Origin: Puccinia triticina
Lineage: Eukaryota
Direction of reading: 5' to 3'
NCBI GenBank assembly: GCA_026914245.1
Contig: CP110440.1
Location: forward strand, 3,658,001 to 3,722,000
Length of the DNA stretch: 64,000 nt
Below are positions 23,998 to 38,300 of this stretch, piece by piece (position 1 is the first letter of the stretch; every line of letters begins with the position of its first letter). The notes below the pieces were generated by a model. The model searched no databases. It was not told the DNA's origin and saw only the letters and a program-made list of their open reading frames with translations. The position numbers were made by a program, and so were the translations under genes.

Positions 23998-26900
23998 ATG
24001 GCTGGATCAGTAGAAATTGTCTCTGGCTCCGATATAGAAACACCCTCTACTCCGCCCAATACAACCAGCAGTTTGAATAACCCGCCGCCGTCCACCCGCC
24101 GTGAATCTAGTCGTCTCCGTACCCCAAGCAGCCGACCTGGCTTTGTACAAACTCAAAGCGATTCTCGACGTGCCCTTGTATCCAAGTCCAACGCTCCTGT
24201 TCCCAAACCTAAAGCAAACAGAAAGATGGCTACTATTCCCTCAGCCAATAATGGAGACAATTCCCCAGAATCAGCAAATCAAGATGATGCAGGTCCTCAT
24301 CCTTTTTCGGGATTAAAGCATGTTTCTGGTCGAACTGGAAAGGAGGTTCGTGTCGACACGGCGCAGGATTCAGAGGGGGAAAACAGCAAGGTTGTTGCCT
24401 CCAACAAGAAAGACTCGACAAAAGATAAGGATGGTTTTGACCACGTCAAACTTTACTTTTATTCTCCAGGCACTGGCCCCAAACAGGTATGTATCACATG
24501 TTGCGTACAAGGAATTAGAATTGTTGTTTCTTCAACTTTGGATATAAATTAATTGCATGATCTCTACCTCTAGGATTCTGAGGCGACGTCTTGGGCCTGT
24601 CGATGGTGCCCCAATGAGTATCTTGCTTCTGCTGGTTCAAATTACAATCTCAAGTCTCATCGTGATGGGGCCAGCATCAAAGGAACTATCCGTGCTGCGT
24701 GCCGAGGTCGTGCGGACGCTATCAAATCTGGATGCCACCTTCCCCCATCGGCTGCAGAACGACTTTCCGAGAAGGCGAAAGCGCAACCTGGCGCAGGAAC
24801 TCTCATCCCATTCACATCAAAAGGATGCTTCAACAACGAGACCTTGAACAAACTTCTTGTCATCTGGATTCTCAGGCAGTCGCTGCCTTGGCTACGAATT
24901 GAGGACTTCATTCTCCGGGTCTCTTTTGACTATGCAGTCCACAACTCTCGACTATATTCTCGATCTTGGGCCGCATCCCTTGCTCATCGACTGTATCTTG
25001 AGCAGCGCGGACAAGTCCTTAAAGCAATTGAGGTGTGTATTCCTCAGAGTTTCCCCAATCAAACAATTAAACTCTCTTCTAATTGATTTCTTGGCCTCAC
25101 TTTTACTAGGATTCCGATTCCAAAATCTCGCTGGCCTCTGATGTATGGACCACCAAGGGGAGCCATAAGGCATTCATTGGTATCACTGCTTTCCACATTA
25201 CAAAGGATTGGGATTATATATGCGAGCACCTGGCAATAAAATATGTGTCATGGCATCACAATGGAAAGTATCTCGCCACTCCTTTGGCCAATGTGCTTGT
25301 TAAGCATGGGATTCACAAAAAGATAGGTTTTCTCTACTTGATTGCAGCTCGCTTGCTGTTTTTATTTTATTTGAAAGTTATATTCTTCTCACAAGTTTGC
25401 GATCCTTATCTACTTTCTAGCACAGACAACCGACTCAGGCAGTAATAATTTTACGATGGCAACCGGAGTTGCGGCCATTTTCCGCAAGGTTGATTCTACG
25501 GACTGGGATGTGCAGAACAACCACCATTGTTGTGTCTGTCACGTTATTGCGCTAATTCTGGGAGCCGGATTGAAAGCCTTAAAGCTCTCAACCAACATAA
25601 TCCGATCAAACAAGAGCAAAGAGGCTTTTCCAACTCTAGAGACGATCCTTGAGGAGGAAGACGAAGATTCAGCCAAAGAGGAAGAAGAAGAAATTGTTGA
25701 AATTGTTGATGAGTCATCTGATGTCAAGGAGGTTGATCCAGACAATGCTGAACCTGAATCCCCCCATCCGGGTTGGGAGTGGAGCACTGGCAAGGCTGAA
25801 GTTGAGTGCAATGACAAAGGTATTGGGTTCACTTTGAAAAAGGCAGGTTATGTTTCAGATTCTACGATCCCATTTCAATAAAAGAGATAACAATCACAAA
25901 TTGCTTTTCCCAGATTGATTACATCTGCCGTCGAATTGCTTGATCTCCGCAGAAGCAAGCTGAATGGAAACTTTGGGCTTCAAATTTGGGGTATCAAGGA
26001 AAAGGCCTCATTGGGGGTTATGGAATTAGGTGGAATATTGCTTACGATAGCCGAAAACGAGCCTATGAGGGAAGAAAAGTTATTTGACAACTTATGGATA
26101 ACAAGGACAACAGGCATGCTGGAAAGTCGGCGGGAAATCACTTCTTCAAGTCGTATCAGTTAACTCCTCAGGAGTGGGAAGATGTTAATAATCTAAATAA
26201 CATTTTAAAGGTATGTGTTTTTCTTATACCGCACAATTTATGTAGCATTTAAGCTTACTGATTCATGTGTTGAATTTACAGGAATTTTTAGACTGGACAA
26301 AGCGAATGGAGGTTGACGGGCCAAAACTCCTGATGGTTTTGTATGAATACGTCCAAATCCTTGATTCTCTTTCCAGAAGGAGTGAAGCCGCAGCATCAAC
26401 ACCTCTTGAGCCGATGTTTGAACCCATGATTAAAATCACAAAAAAGTACATCAAGCTTGCTATCAACTGCGATACTGTTGTCATAGCTACTTTCCTTCAT
26501 CCGGCATGGAGAATGATGCTTTTCATCAAACGGTTTGAGAAAGATGTCACACAAATCACCCGGCTTATTAATTGGGTATTCAAAGAAAGAGAGGCTCATT
26601 TGATTTTGCTTCAGCCGGAAACATCAACTCAAGAATCACGGTTGGAACAAAATGCAACCGGTCCTGAATCCAATAGTGGTGGGGATGAATTTGACTTCTA
26701 CCCTCAAAAAACCCAAGTGATTGAGATGAGCACCAAAATCGAGAGGTACAACAATGGTTCTTTTCCGATCGACAAGAAGGGGTGTGTTTTAAATTGGTGG
26801 AAGGTCAGTTCTAAATGACATTTTTTTTATTCTCCTTGCCGACACTGATCATTTATTTCTCATAGGCTCATTGCAAGGATTTCCCGATCTTGGGATCCTT

Positions 26901-27180
26901 GGCAAGAGATTATTTAGCTTGTCCTGCTAGCTCGGCCAGCGTTGAACGGACTTTCTTGGCGGCGGCCAAAGTATGTTCCACAGGTAGAGCGGGATTGGCA
27001 ATCCGCACCATTGAGCGCTGTATCAGTAGCCACATGTGGCTACGTAATGGTGTCAAGATGGGCGGAGATTTCTCAGATTGTCAAGCGTTGATTGATCAGG
27101 CACACACCAACCCCAAATTCAAAAAGTACAAAGGTAAAACTAGAAAATCAACCAAATCAACTAAGGCTGCATCTAAGTAG
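23998..27180 (+). pseudogene. hAT transposase, about 8 exons, with nonsense mutations
   Basis: BED-like WACRWC...NLKSHRD, SDVWT, CVCHVIAL, IRWN, ATFLHP and dimerisation motif LARDYLACPASSASVERTF. TGA stops near 25941 and 26085. Confidence 0.9.
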
Positions 27181-28392
27181 CCCCCTCTTCGACAAATTTC
27201 CTTTTATTCTCTTGATTCCTATCCGTTTTAACTTCTGCTATTTTCATTTCTCCTTGTCTACTCCCTTTTTTTCACTGGGTTTTTTTTGTACCCCACTTGT
27301 ATTCTGATTAGCGGTTTGTAGGCGCTGCGCTACCACTTTTTTTAGCGGATTAGCGCTGCGCTACTGCTAAAAACAGGGCCTCGCCGCTAATTGTTGCGCT
27401 GATTAGCGCGCTGAAATCAAGTATTTTTCCCCAGTGACTTTCAGCAGCGCTTAGCGCAGCGGCCCAAGCGCTGCACATAGCGCAGCGGCCCAAGCGCTGC
27501 ACATAGCGCAGCACAGCAAACAGAGATTTCCGTAGCGCAGCGGTTGCACCCTTGCCGGAAAGACTAAGATAGATAAGATCAAATAACAAAATATAGTAGA
27601 CACTGAAAAGGAAAAAGAAGGACAGTTTTAGATTATGAGTAAGTTGACAACCAGGAGTTCATTGACGGAGGTAGGACAGTGTTTTTTCTCTCCAAATTAG
27701 AAAGATCCAATTGATGAGGTCTAGAGAGTGGGTCAGAGCCACTAGAATCAGAGGAGTTGAGCTTGAGGTGTGGCCAAGATTGAGCCAGAAGCAATGAGAT
27801 CGGATGATGATTGAAAAGAGAGAAGTATGTAAAGTGTAATGGATGGGAAGATGTGAAGGCGGATTGGAAACTTGAGGAGGGGAATGGTGAATGATGTCAA
27901 GGATGGGATATTGGAGCAGAGGCCAAGCAGAAAAGACTGAATGTTGAAGTTCGGTGTTGAGAAGTCTGCTGAGGAGAGGCTGGAGGGGAGAGAAGGAGCT
28001 GCTTTTATAGATGAACAGTGAGTGGCCAAGTTGTGGTTGCAGTAATTGATCCAGTTGGCCAGCTTGTGGTTGCAAGAAGGTTTCAGGAGTAACACGGCGT
28101 AGCTGGTGAGAATGGTTGACAAAGGTGTTTCAGGAAGATTTGGAGAGAAGTTTGAGATGAGAGGGAACGGAGGAGAGGACGGAAAAGAGAGGAATTGGGG
28201 ACCCCAAGTGATGCGCGCTGTCATCAGTTCACCCAAGAGAAGGAGATTTCAACACAATGGATACATTCAGGTGCGCAGGATAAGATGGAAAAGTGTTAAG
28301 AACAAAATTGAAAAATGGCTCCAGGCCAGGTGAATGCTTGATAGTTGACTGTGATGTATGAGTGGTATTCTGACAATGGCAGAAGAAATGAT

Positions 28393-28480
28393 GTGAAGTT
28401 ACGTTATACAGTTCCCCTAGGTGTGATTTAGTTATCCAGTCCTCTGGGGTGTGAAATCCAACATAAATTGAATCTGTGGG
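28393..28480. repeat. Left arm of a foldback repeat split by the giant element (partner arm 63311-63405, inverted)
   Basis: AAATCCAACATAAATTGAATCTGTGGG here is the reverse complement of CCCACAGATTCAATTTATGTTGGATTT at about 63319-63345. Confidence 0.8.
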
Positions 28481-28718
28481 TGTCAAAAGAAAGGCTGAAT
28501 GTTGATTAACAGTATGGTCCAACTTTCTTTCAAAGATACTCCTATTTTTGATTTTGAAATATCACTTTTGTGGCCAAAAATCAGTTATCTGGGTAACTTA
28601 GACCAGATAACTGATATTTGATCACAAAAGCATTATTTTAACATCAAAAAGAGGACTTCCTTGGAATAAATTGGGGTCCATATTGTTAAACAAAATTATA
28701 CCTTTCTTGTGACACCCA
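28477..28718. mobile_element. Hairpin MITE-like element, 242 bp
   Basis: Ends TGGGTGTCAAAAGAAAGG and CCTTTCTTGTGACACCCA; central CAGTTATCTGG...CCAGATAACTG. Confidence 0.7.
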
Positions 28719-29535
28719 TGTAGACACCAGGGGAGACTTTGACGCACTCTCCGGAGAGTGCCAGAGTGTAATTTTATGTTGATTCAGGTCTGATGTTAGT
28801 CACATGTGCATTAGGAAGTGATTAGTAAATGATTCAGAAGTGAATGAGAATTGTGTTGGGAGTTATGTGGAAGTGATTCAGAAGTGGACGGGAAGTGATT
28901 CAGAAGTGGGTTGGAACTTTTACCAGAATTGAGTTGTAAGTGAGTGTGAATTGTGCCAGAAGTTGAGTGGGAGTTAATAAACATAACTCATTCAGTTCCT
29001 AAGTGGAAGTTTAGGCCAAATGGAAAAAGGTTCAAATTATATTGAAAGCTAATTCAGCAAGAGCTTATGTTGAAATAATGTTAGATTCTAGTTCAACTCA
29101 ATCATAAATAATCTTATCCAATAAACCTCCAAAAAATGCCTTAAAGTACCTTTCAACATGTTTACTTTGCAAAACAACAGGCAGAGTTAAAATCCCTTCT
29201 GGCAAAGCGTTTTGTTTTGACATTTGGATACACATTTTCAAAATTACAAAGCTAACTACAATTACTTGATGGCTAGACAAGTTTAACTAAAATTATAGTT
29301 TCTACCATATGAAATAATTGTGCTTTTGGCCCCAATCTTATGAATTGGTACTCAGCATATCACATCAAGCAAAAAAATGTGTGTAACGTACATATTTTTA
29401 CAAAATAATCTTACCAATTTACAAATAATTCAGAAAGACATGATTGCGCATAGGTCTCTGAGAGATTTGATATTCGTCTAAGGGACAGGGCTAATGATTT
29501 CAGTGTTTTGATATCTTTACCTTGAAGCATGTTTT

Positions 29536-32129
29536 TTGCAGATCCAATCAATGTCTTCTAATAGCATTTCACCACACATCGTTCCAGTATGTGATGGTGA
29601 GGAGCCCAAATACAAGGACCAAACAAAGCTAACAATAGATTTTAGGATATCATCATGGTCAATAATATTCTTGGGGTTGGATTGCCCCAATATATGGAAA
29701 GGAGACAACCTCCTTGCATGTTTTTCTCAGTTCCCGTCTTTACCACAAAAAACAATTGAATTATCCATTGCTCTCCAAGCATGTCTTCAACTTTCTGCCT
29801 CGGCCAATTTATCATATCTTTATCTTCTTCTAGTCCTTTTGGCCTGACCTCTGATGTCCCTCAGGTAGCCTTCCTTCAACGTGGGCACCATCGAGTTCAT
29901 GTATATTGTGCACCGCAGAATAGGTTTGGTGATCTCAGTGAAAACCAAAGTCGCCATCTAGGTCCCCTGTTAGGACCAGTTTCAAGCTGTTCAACTCCAG
30001 TAACAAATCGAGATATCCCCCCCAACAATGTTTCCCTTGTTAATTTGCGTGCCTTTCTTGTGAAAAAGAATTGCATAGAGCCTCAGCTCGGGGGCTGCGT
30101 CTTCAGCCGTTTGGAAAACATAGCTCAAGTAGAATTAGCCTTCAAAACTGCAAACGTGGATCTCATCCCAGCTGTTTTCTTTGAAATTCCACAATTAACG
30201 TCTCAAACCACTCCAGATGGCTCGAACTCCAGACTATACCCCCTTGGCTTTTGGCATCACTTCAACAGTGCCAAACAGATATGAAAACACATCAGCTATC
30301 CGCCCTAGAATTCCTCCTGAAGAATGAGGACCCAGAAAATCACGAGCCAGAAGCCTTGTGGTACCACAATGATAATGCCTGGCTTCGTGATCGCTTTGAT
30401 GTCGAGTCTAATTCTAGCGAGACAAATTCCCACAATCACCAAAGGTCCCGAGGATCAATACTAGCTGACGATATGGGATTAGGAAAGACGTTGACAACAC
30501 TTGCATTCATTCTGGCGACAATTAACAAAGGAAAGAGCTTTTGAGACGGTAATACCAACACACGATCAGCTGCTACTCTAGTCATCTGCCCTCTAGCAAC
30601 CCTGTCAAATTGGCAAAACGAAATCAGTCTTCATTTCAGAGATCACGCAATAAATTACAAGGTATTCCACGGAGATGATCGGAAAAAATTATCGAAAGAA
30701 GACCTGCAGTCTGCAATGCTTGTCTTGACAATTTACGAAATGATTGGGACAAGCGGTAACAAGAAACATACCAACCAGATTAACATTGAATCTCTGGGCA
30801 TATTTTGGTTCAGGATTGTCTTGGACGAAGCACAGTAAGTGAAACAATTCATGTGAATGAGCATTGGACTTGGTTCTGATTCATATTTCTGCATGATGAT
30901 AGTTTGATAAGGAATCCAGAAACCAACCGAACCCAAAGCATCCATAACCTTCAGTACCAGTTTGTTCTTTGCTTAACGGGGACACCTGTCCAAAACAGAT
31001 TGACTGACTTGCAAAGCTTGATCACACTATTGAAAATATATCCTTGGAGCGAAGAATGGGTCTGGAAGAGCTGTCTGGTTCCTCAAATGAATGTTGGATC
31101 TCGAGAGGCAATCAAAAGCTTGAATAGACTGATGGAAGCAATTTGTTTGAGAAGAACCAAGGACGTTTTGTTGAATCTACCAGAAAAAGTTGAGAAATGT
31201 GTTGTAGTGAACATCAGCTCAGAATGGGAGGATATGTTGAAAAATTTGCACCAGTCTTTTATCCAACTTTTTGGAAGGTTACAAGCGGCGGGGGAGAGAT
31301 GGGATTCTTCGGAGTTTTTCAAACAGTTAACAATGCTTCGCCAATTTTGCAATCATCCGTTATTTGCACGATCAGAGATACACTTCCAACCTGAATGGCG
31401 ATGGCAAGATTCGGGAAAGATCATCCACCTAGTTGAGAATCTCAAGTTGTTTTTGCGAGGAGTTCAAGGAGTTGAAAGGACAAAGGCGGTGGTTTTTTCC
31501 AGCTTTACTGGTTTTCTAGGAATGTAAGTGAATTTTAATTTCACAAAATTACAGTAGAAAGCTGCAGATGCTGATCTCACCTTGAAGTATTGAACGTGCA
31601 CTTGAGGAGAATGATATTCAATCAACCTGGCTTACTGGGGAACAGACTATTAAAAGGCGCGATGAAAATCTGAAAAAATTTCAAATCAACAAAGAATGCA
31701 ATGTTCTTTTGGCCTCAATCCAAGCTGCTGGGGTAGGAATTGGTTTACGTTGTGCACAGAATGTGTACATGATGGCAAGTCATAGGCATTGTGTTACATG
31801 TATAAAGGACAAATCTGATAATAATACATTATTTAGGAGCCAGGTTGGAACCCCGCAGCAGAAACCCAAGCCATTGATTGACTTTACCGCTTGGGACAGG
31901 CACATCCAGTTCATGTCTATCGATACTATCTGAGAGGAAGTCTGGAAATGAATATCTACCAGGTACAGAAGAGGAAAGGGGAGCTTGCACTGTAAGTGAC
32001 TATGAATTTATATTTTGTGTTTGCATTCACTGAAAGTAGAATTGGTGGTGGAATAGGCTCAGTGTACCATTGGGGGGAAATGAGAATTACGAATGTGCTC
32101 AGTTACTGATGAGAAATATGATGGGTTGA
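29536..32129 (+). pseudogene. SNF2-family ATPase (Rad5/Rad16-like), multi-exon, disrupted
   Basis: GSILADDMGLGKT, TLVICPL...NWQNEI, WFRIVLDEAH (across an intron), CLTGTPVQN, LRRTK, LRQFCNHP, SGKI, VVFSSF and AAGVG. TGA at 30542 and a frameshift near 30250; 5' end uncertain. Confidence 0.88.
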
Positions 32130-32162
32130 AAAGTAAGCACTCATTAATTACTGTATTAAAAC

Positions 32163-33266
32163 CTATCCAACTGTTAGCAATTCAGACATATTGATTGGAT
32201 CCTGAGGATTAAGTAGAATTTTCTGCGACTCGGAAAGTGTGGACAGGTATTTGGGTGCATAACAGTTTAACGGGAGATTGCGAGGGACATCTTTGAAAGA
32301 ATCTCAAGACAATACGGCCAAAGTCTTCCTACGAGCTTCCAAAATGTAATCGTGTACAAATTGACGTCCTTTGGTACATGTCTTTTTCTGAATGAATATG
32401 TTGTCCAGTTCTTGAGAGAAGGTTCCAAATTCTGTTGATCTCCAACGTAAGGGTATTTTGACAAGATTTTGGGGAGGATTGATTTCGGTGTCAGAGGTAG
32501 CCTTGATGTTGTCAAATAGCGCTTTGATGTTGGAGTTGAATGGGAGTGTGGAGAGTGTTTCTTGACGATGCTGGGAAATCTAAAATCCAGGAATTCAACA
32601 AAAGAGGGATCAGGGAAGAAATGATGAAATTTGCATACCTGCATTCACACTTTGGATCTACTCTCTGATTTGCTCTTCTTCGATTTAAACGCATGGGAAA
32701 AATGACCTAATCGTATTCCTTTCTGCCTTCCCATGAACCATCTATGAAGAATACCAAGCTGCAAGGAGGTGTTTGAAGCCTGAACCGGATCCATGAAAAA
32801 GTGGGTGAAAGCTCCAGAAGTGTAGGCATTCCTCCAATGCTTCAAGACAAATTTTGCAAAGAGCTGATTCCAGTGAGAATCCCAGGGATGAGACCAGGCA
32901 AACGTTACACCAGTGAAATTGGATTCTGAGAGGTCTTGTAAGAATAGTATTCGGAATGCTGGTGATATCTTTTGAGATGTTGGCAATGCTGGATTGATTG
33001 GAATGGGATCTATGGGACGCATTAGAATGGAGTCTGGAAGGTTCGAGCCAACGTGAAAATTGTGGGCAGAGGGAGAGAGCATCCAAGAATCTGAAGGTGA
33101 TTTCTTGTGGTTATATTCTATATCTAGGAGAGCTCGAATGAATGCAGACATACAACGAGAAAATGGTGAATTGGAGTTGGGCAAGATTGTGGAATAAGAA
33201 AGATTAACTTGTGCAGCACCAGCTGGAGGTTTGCCATCACAGAAGTGAGTCTGGGATGGAGGCATT
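32163..33266 (-). pseudogene. Element-associated protein of unknown function (WRS...LD...VPxxLPxxCY family), 2 exons
   Basis: ORF 33266-32645, an intron, then ISQHRQ...SDTE...RWRSTEF...ELD...VPRNLPLNCY; two internal TGA stops. Confidence 0.65.
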
Positions 33267-33510
33267 GCAAAGTGAGGAAAGTCGAGAAGAGAAATGTGCA
33301 ATTGAGCATGGGGCAGGAGGGAGAAGGGTCAGATTATATATCGTAACATTGAGCAATGGTATTTCAGAATAAACAAGGGGATGAGTATGGTCAGAATTAT
33401 GTAGCTTTCAGGTAAAAGGGGTTCATATGTTATGTAAACTACAAAGGGTGCTTTGAAATGTTGATTGTTATTTGGTTACAGTGAAAGGGTTGAATTTTCA
33501 TAAATTGAGT

Positions 33511-33544
33511 GTCACCTTTATGTACGCGCGTACATGCGGGTGAC
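33511..33544. promoter_or_regulatory. 34-bp palindromic site, copy 1
   Basis: GTCAC CTTT ATGTACGCGCGTACAT GCGG GTGAC. Confidence 0.75.
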
Positions 33545-33621
33545 TTTTGTCAAATAAATTGGCTGGGAGGGAAATTGGTCAGCGAAACTGAAATTGTGTG
33601 GAGTTGTATTTTTTCAACGAC

Positions 33622-34589
33622 TGTCAGCCTTAGAGTCATCACAGCTGACCTAAAAGCTGCCTGTTCTACCTTTGTTACATATAAATTACTTTATATCTTT
33701 TTCATCTTAAGAGATATCCCTGTTTTGACTTCATATTCTGTTTCCTCATGCAATTTTAACCCTAGTTACAACTTACCAATTCATTGTAACTATACTCCTT
33801 CCCTGAGTTACTGAGTTGTAGCGCCCTTGCGCAGTTGTGACGTGTCAGCGCTACTAGGCGCGCCAAACCACATGTACATATGTAAATTACATAAGCAAAC
33901 TGTGAAAATTTTCGTAGTCAGGATCCCCCTTGCCTGAGGCGGATCCACAGACTTCAGCACACCAGAACCACCACCCAGATAACTCCAGGATCACCACCAA
34001 AGAGCCTACTATACTCCCAGTATACCTACCGTCACAGGCGCCTAGGATATTGACAGTAAGTAACCTCTTTCACTGAACCTTGTTTATCTCAGAGGTACAA
34101 CTCTGTGTCTTGCTGGATCTGCCTTTTCTTCTTGCTTTGCTTCCTCCTTGATCACAGGGCTGTCCCTCCAAATCTATAGGCCTTTGCCTCCATCTTGATC
34201 ACAGGGCTGTCCCTTCTTATCATCAGGCCTTTGCCTCAAAATCTAGGTTCAGGGCTGTCCCTCAGGTTTCCCATTAAGAACCTTGACTGTCCAGAGAGAA
34301 GTCTAAAAAACTGTGGCTGGATTAAGACTTATCTAATCCAGATACCCTCCTGAGAGGAAGCTGTAGCACTTCTTGCACAGATTAGCAGCACTCTTCTGAA
34401 GAGTAGCATTGCCAGTGGACGTGCATTCCCACTAGAATAACCTAGTACTTCTCTTCCTTCTTATCCTGCTTGGTTTCTCTCTCTCTTTCTCTTTTTCTAT
34501 TATAGTTGTAATTTCTTTATCCCAAGAAATCCAACTATTGCCCTCCCATTTCTTGTGTCCTGCTGTCACTATAGAGACTCAGGCTCACA
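33622..34589 (+). repeat. 5' LTR
   Basis: TGTCAGCC...GCTCACA; no difference from the 3' LTR seen by eye. Confidence 0.97.
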
Positions 34590-35356
34590 ATTGGGGGCCT
34601 CATCGGGAAATATACTCACCTTTTCATAATTCTAGACTGCTATAAAGCCAAAAGACTGATCCTCCTGACTAAATCAAACAAAAAAAACTCTAAAAATTCG
34701 AAAAATCACCTTAAAAATTTTTTTCTACATATCTTACTAACGCTGAAATTCTTCTAAAATCATCCAAAATTGCTTTTGCATTGATAAATTTCCTAACTGA
34801 ACCCTTGAAAATTTTTTTTTTACGTCCTGTGTACTCGTGAAAGTGCAGAACTGCGACTCCTCCGCGCCGCTATTTATCCCTTCGTCGGACTTATCCTCCC
34901 CAGAACCCTCTATATCTTCGGATCAAGAAGAGATAGAGAAAAACGGAGTACGCTCAAAAGATTCTCCTGCTTCTTAACTATTATTGCCGCAATTGACCGT
35001 AAAAACAATTCGTAACGGCGCAGACTAGCGCAGAAGACGAAAATTGCGACGACAACCGCGTAACTGATCCGAAAGAAGGAAACTGGATCAATAGTTCCTC
35101 TTGGACCCCTATTGCTACTACTAAATACCCAAAAGTCCGTCGCCGCAAGGTCACCGCCGCTGTTAATATCTCTGATTGGACCTCAAAATCCGCCGCGAAA
35201 CCCAGCGCAAAGCAAACTAAGAAAAAAACCTCTACTACGACGCGTAAAAGTAAAAGGTTATCTTCTAAACCTAAGTCCCAAGGTATTTTAACCTTGAATT
35301 AATTCTTAAAAACTTTCTCTTTCCGCTTAAATTAACCTCTCTTACTCCTTATCACG

Positions 35357-38300
35357 ATGCCTCCTCACCTTAGAAATGGCCGAGACCTCTCCGAAGAGCT
35401 CCGCCACCGGTACCGCCTTAGCCCAGCCGCCGAAGAACGGCTTCGAAGGGCCAGAAGCAGCCTTGCCGCCTCTACAGGAGGATTTCCTCAAGCTCCCGGA
35501 AGAGGAGCCGCTCCCCCCAGATACCGGGATCCCTCCGGCTCTATACCAGCCGAGAGAAACGTCCATAGCTCTAGCGTCGAGCAGATCCACGCCGGTTCCA
35601 CGGCCTGTCGACAGGGAACAAATAGATTTGACGGTGAACCCTCCTCAGACGAGTCAGCCGCCCTCCCAGCCTATCAACCCAGAGGGCATGAGACCCACGG
35701 CGCCGTCCAATCTAGCCCTCCTTCCGTACACTCAGAGCCCTCGACGGGAAGCGTCCTCAGGACCCATGGACCTTATCCCGGAAGAGGAGGAGTTATCCAG
35801 CCTCATCAGTATGTTCAACGAACAATTCGACCTTTTTGTCCGCGCCAGGGAAGCGCAGAACATATTAACTATGAGGCGTCTCCTCTCCCAAGCCTCAATG
35901 ACCCAAGAAATGATCATAGATCTGGTTGGGAGGAACGACGGGATACGCCTGTGTCAGGATTGGATCCCCAGAGAGGAACTCAACAATCTAGAAATATCTC
36001 TGACGCGCCAGAACAACGGCAACGGGCCGCCGAACTCGACCGCGCTACAAACCCGAGCTCCTTCGCAGCTAGCAATGATACCGCACGCCAGCCAACAGCC
36101 TTTACTAGTCACGCCGACTCCAGAGCCTATGGGTTTTCAGCACCGAGCCTTGGCGCAGGAGTTCCAGGCTCCTATCCTTCCCAATCTTCCAGAATCCCGT
36201 CCACAGACGCAGCCTCAAATGCGCCCAGAGAATCAGAACTACCAAGGAACTCCCTTGCCGCCGCCACAACCGCCGCAGACGCTCCAAGCGAGGCAGCCAC
36301 CAGCTTCTATACCGCGAGAGGTGGTTCAATTATTCCGCCCCAGCCCGCATCTGCAAACTGGCGGCTACAATACACCCCATTATCCGCAAATGCCGCAAGA
36401 ATTCGCAGGCCACAACCCCCCTCCTCCTCAAAACAACTGGAGAGGATCAGGGAGGAACTGGAGACGCCCTCAGGACGACACTCAGAGAGTTCTAGAAATA
36501 AGAGAATACTTGATGAGAGCCACACGAGGAGTGAGGAGAGGCTATGGACGAGGGAGAGCCAGAGGGAGAGGCCCTTATTAGATGAATCTTTACCTAAAAG
36601 TTCCTTAAGTAGTGATTCACCACTAGGCCTCAGTTTAGATATTGATAATCTCTCTGATCCTTCAAATAGAGAATTTTTTCTCAATAATCTTAACTCTGAA
36701 ATGTCTAGAAATGGCCCCTTGTTTCTAGAAGAAAAATTACAAGTATTGTTCTCCAAATTTCTCTCTGAATTATCTGGTACTGTTGAAACCATTCCTGGTA
36801 CTCTTCTTGAATCTTGTGTCAGCAATTTTAAAGATGTCCTGAATCATTCCATTCTTGATCTATTTAAAAATGAATTCATTCCCCTTTTGCTTGATCAAAT
36901 CCTGAACAACATAGGAGAAAGTGCCAGAGAGAAATCCACAGTGAATAACAATGTGTTAGAACAACTGAAGAAACACATAGATGATAAGTTTGAGACAGTT
37001 CAAGATTTGATTCTGGTAAATGAATCACAATGTCATTCTAACATGGATACAATTGGCCAAAATCTGAAAGATTTTGAAGAGAAAGTGAGCAACAATCTTA
37101 CTTCCATTGATAATCAGATCAATGACCTTCATGCCAATGAGCACAACAGGTTTGAACAATCTAAGAGAAGATTCAGTGACATATCTTCTGTAGTAAACAC
37201 AGTGAGCTCAAAGCTGGATTCCGTGTTAATACCAGATGACAGAGACCAACCCCCTCATCTCTTGTACAATAATCCCTTCCAGAATGTCCACCATGAGCAA
37301 CAACAGGAACACAGACCAACTCCTCCTGTTCCTACTCCTGAACCACAGAGACCACCAAGAGATCACTTTCCTAAGCCTGCTAGCAATACTCCTGATACTA
37401 AGACCCAAGAGGAATTCCCCTACATTGATCATGGAGCTATAGACTTTGAAATGAGGAAAGAACTGTGGAAAGGTATCCCCAAAAATGGAGACTGGGAGAA
37501 ATTCTCTGGAGAATTACCTTACAATCATGAACTTTGGATTAAAAATACTGATATCCTGGTTAGAGACTACTTGATGCTGGATAACATGATAATCAGTAGA
37601 TTAACAATCTTGTTAACTGACACTGCAAGGAATTGGTACCTAGGCATCAGAGATGAGTATGGAAACAAATCTTGGGCTTGGTGGAAGAATGCCATCAGAA
37701 ATAAGTTTGGCACTGAGAACTGGAAATGGAAAATGCAACAAGAGTTTGAGAATGATCACTTTGCCTATGATGGGAGGAAAATCCATAAATGGTTTGGTAA
37801 TCAGAGAGAAAGACTGAAAGCTTATCAACCTGAACTCAGTCAGTACCTTATTTGTGAGAAGATCTTAAAGCAGTGCCCTCCAAACCTTGAGCATGCTATT
37901 AAAAGCAGATACAAAAGAGATGCCACTGAAATGAGTTTTGAGGATATGGTTATAATTGCTGAAGAGGTCATAGACAGAGTCATGAAAAAGAACAAGCCTG
38001 TGACAAATAATTATAACACTCCAAACAGATCCCAATGGAGAAGCAATCCTGCCCCTGAGAAAACTGATAAGCCAACTGACTCCTCTGCCAAAAAGAATCC
38101 TGTCTCTGCCCCTGAGAAAGACAAACTTATATGCCATTTCTGTAAACAAACTGGTCACTTTTCCAGGGAATGCCCTAAGAAGAAGAACAGAATCAATAAT
38201 GTAGGAATGGATGATGACGATGATCCCAAGAGTGACAATGGAGAAGACCAAGGTGAACCACACAATTCTGAATCAGAACTAGATGAAGAAGAGGAGAATC

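Larger units (their letters stand above)
22312..27554 (+). mobile_element. hAT DNA transposon, full length, inactive
   Basis: TIRs CAAGGGTGCAACCGCTGCGCT and AGCGCAGCGGTTGCACCCTTG. 8-bp TSD ACGGAAAG/CCGGAAAG (7 of 8 match). Internal transposase. Confidence 0.92.

Noticed and set aside
27600..28330. Minus-strand LINE endonuclease-like relic
   Set aside because: Low-complexity frames with no clear catalytic motif; cannot be supported.
29378..29394. Seventh copy of the 34-bp palindrome (TGTGTGTAACGTACATA)
   Set aside because: Only CGTACAT matches; there are no GTCAC/GTGAC arms.
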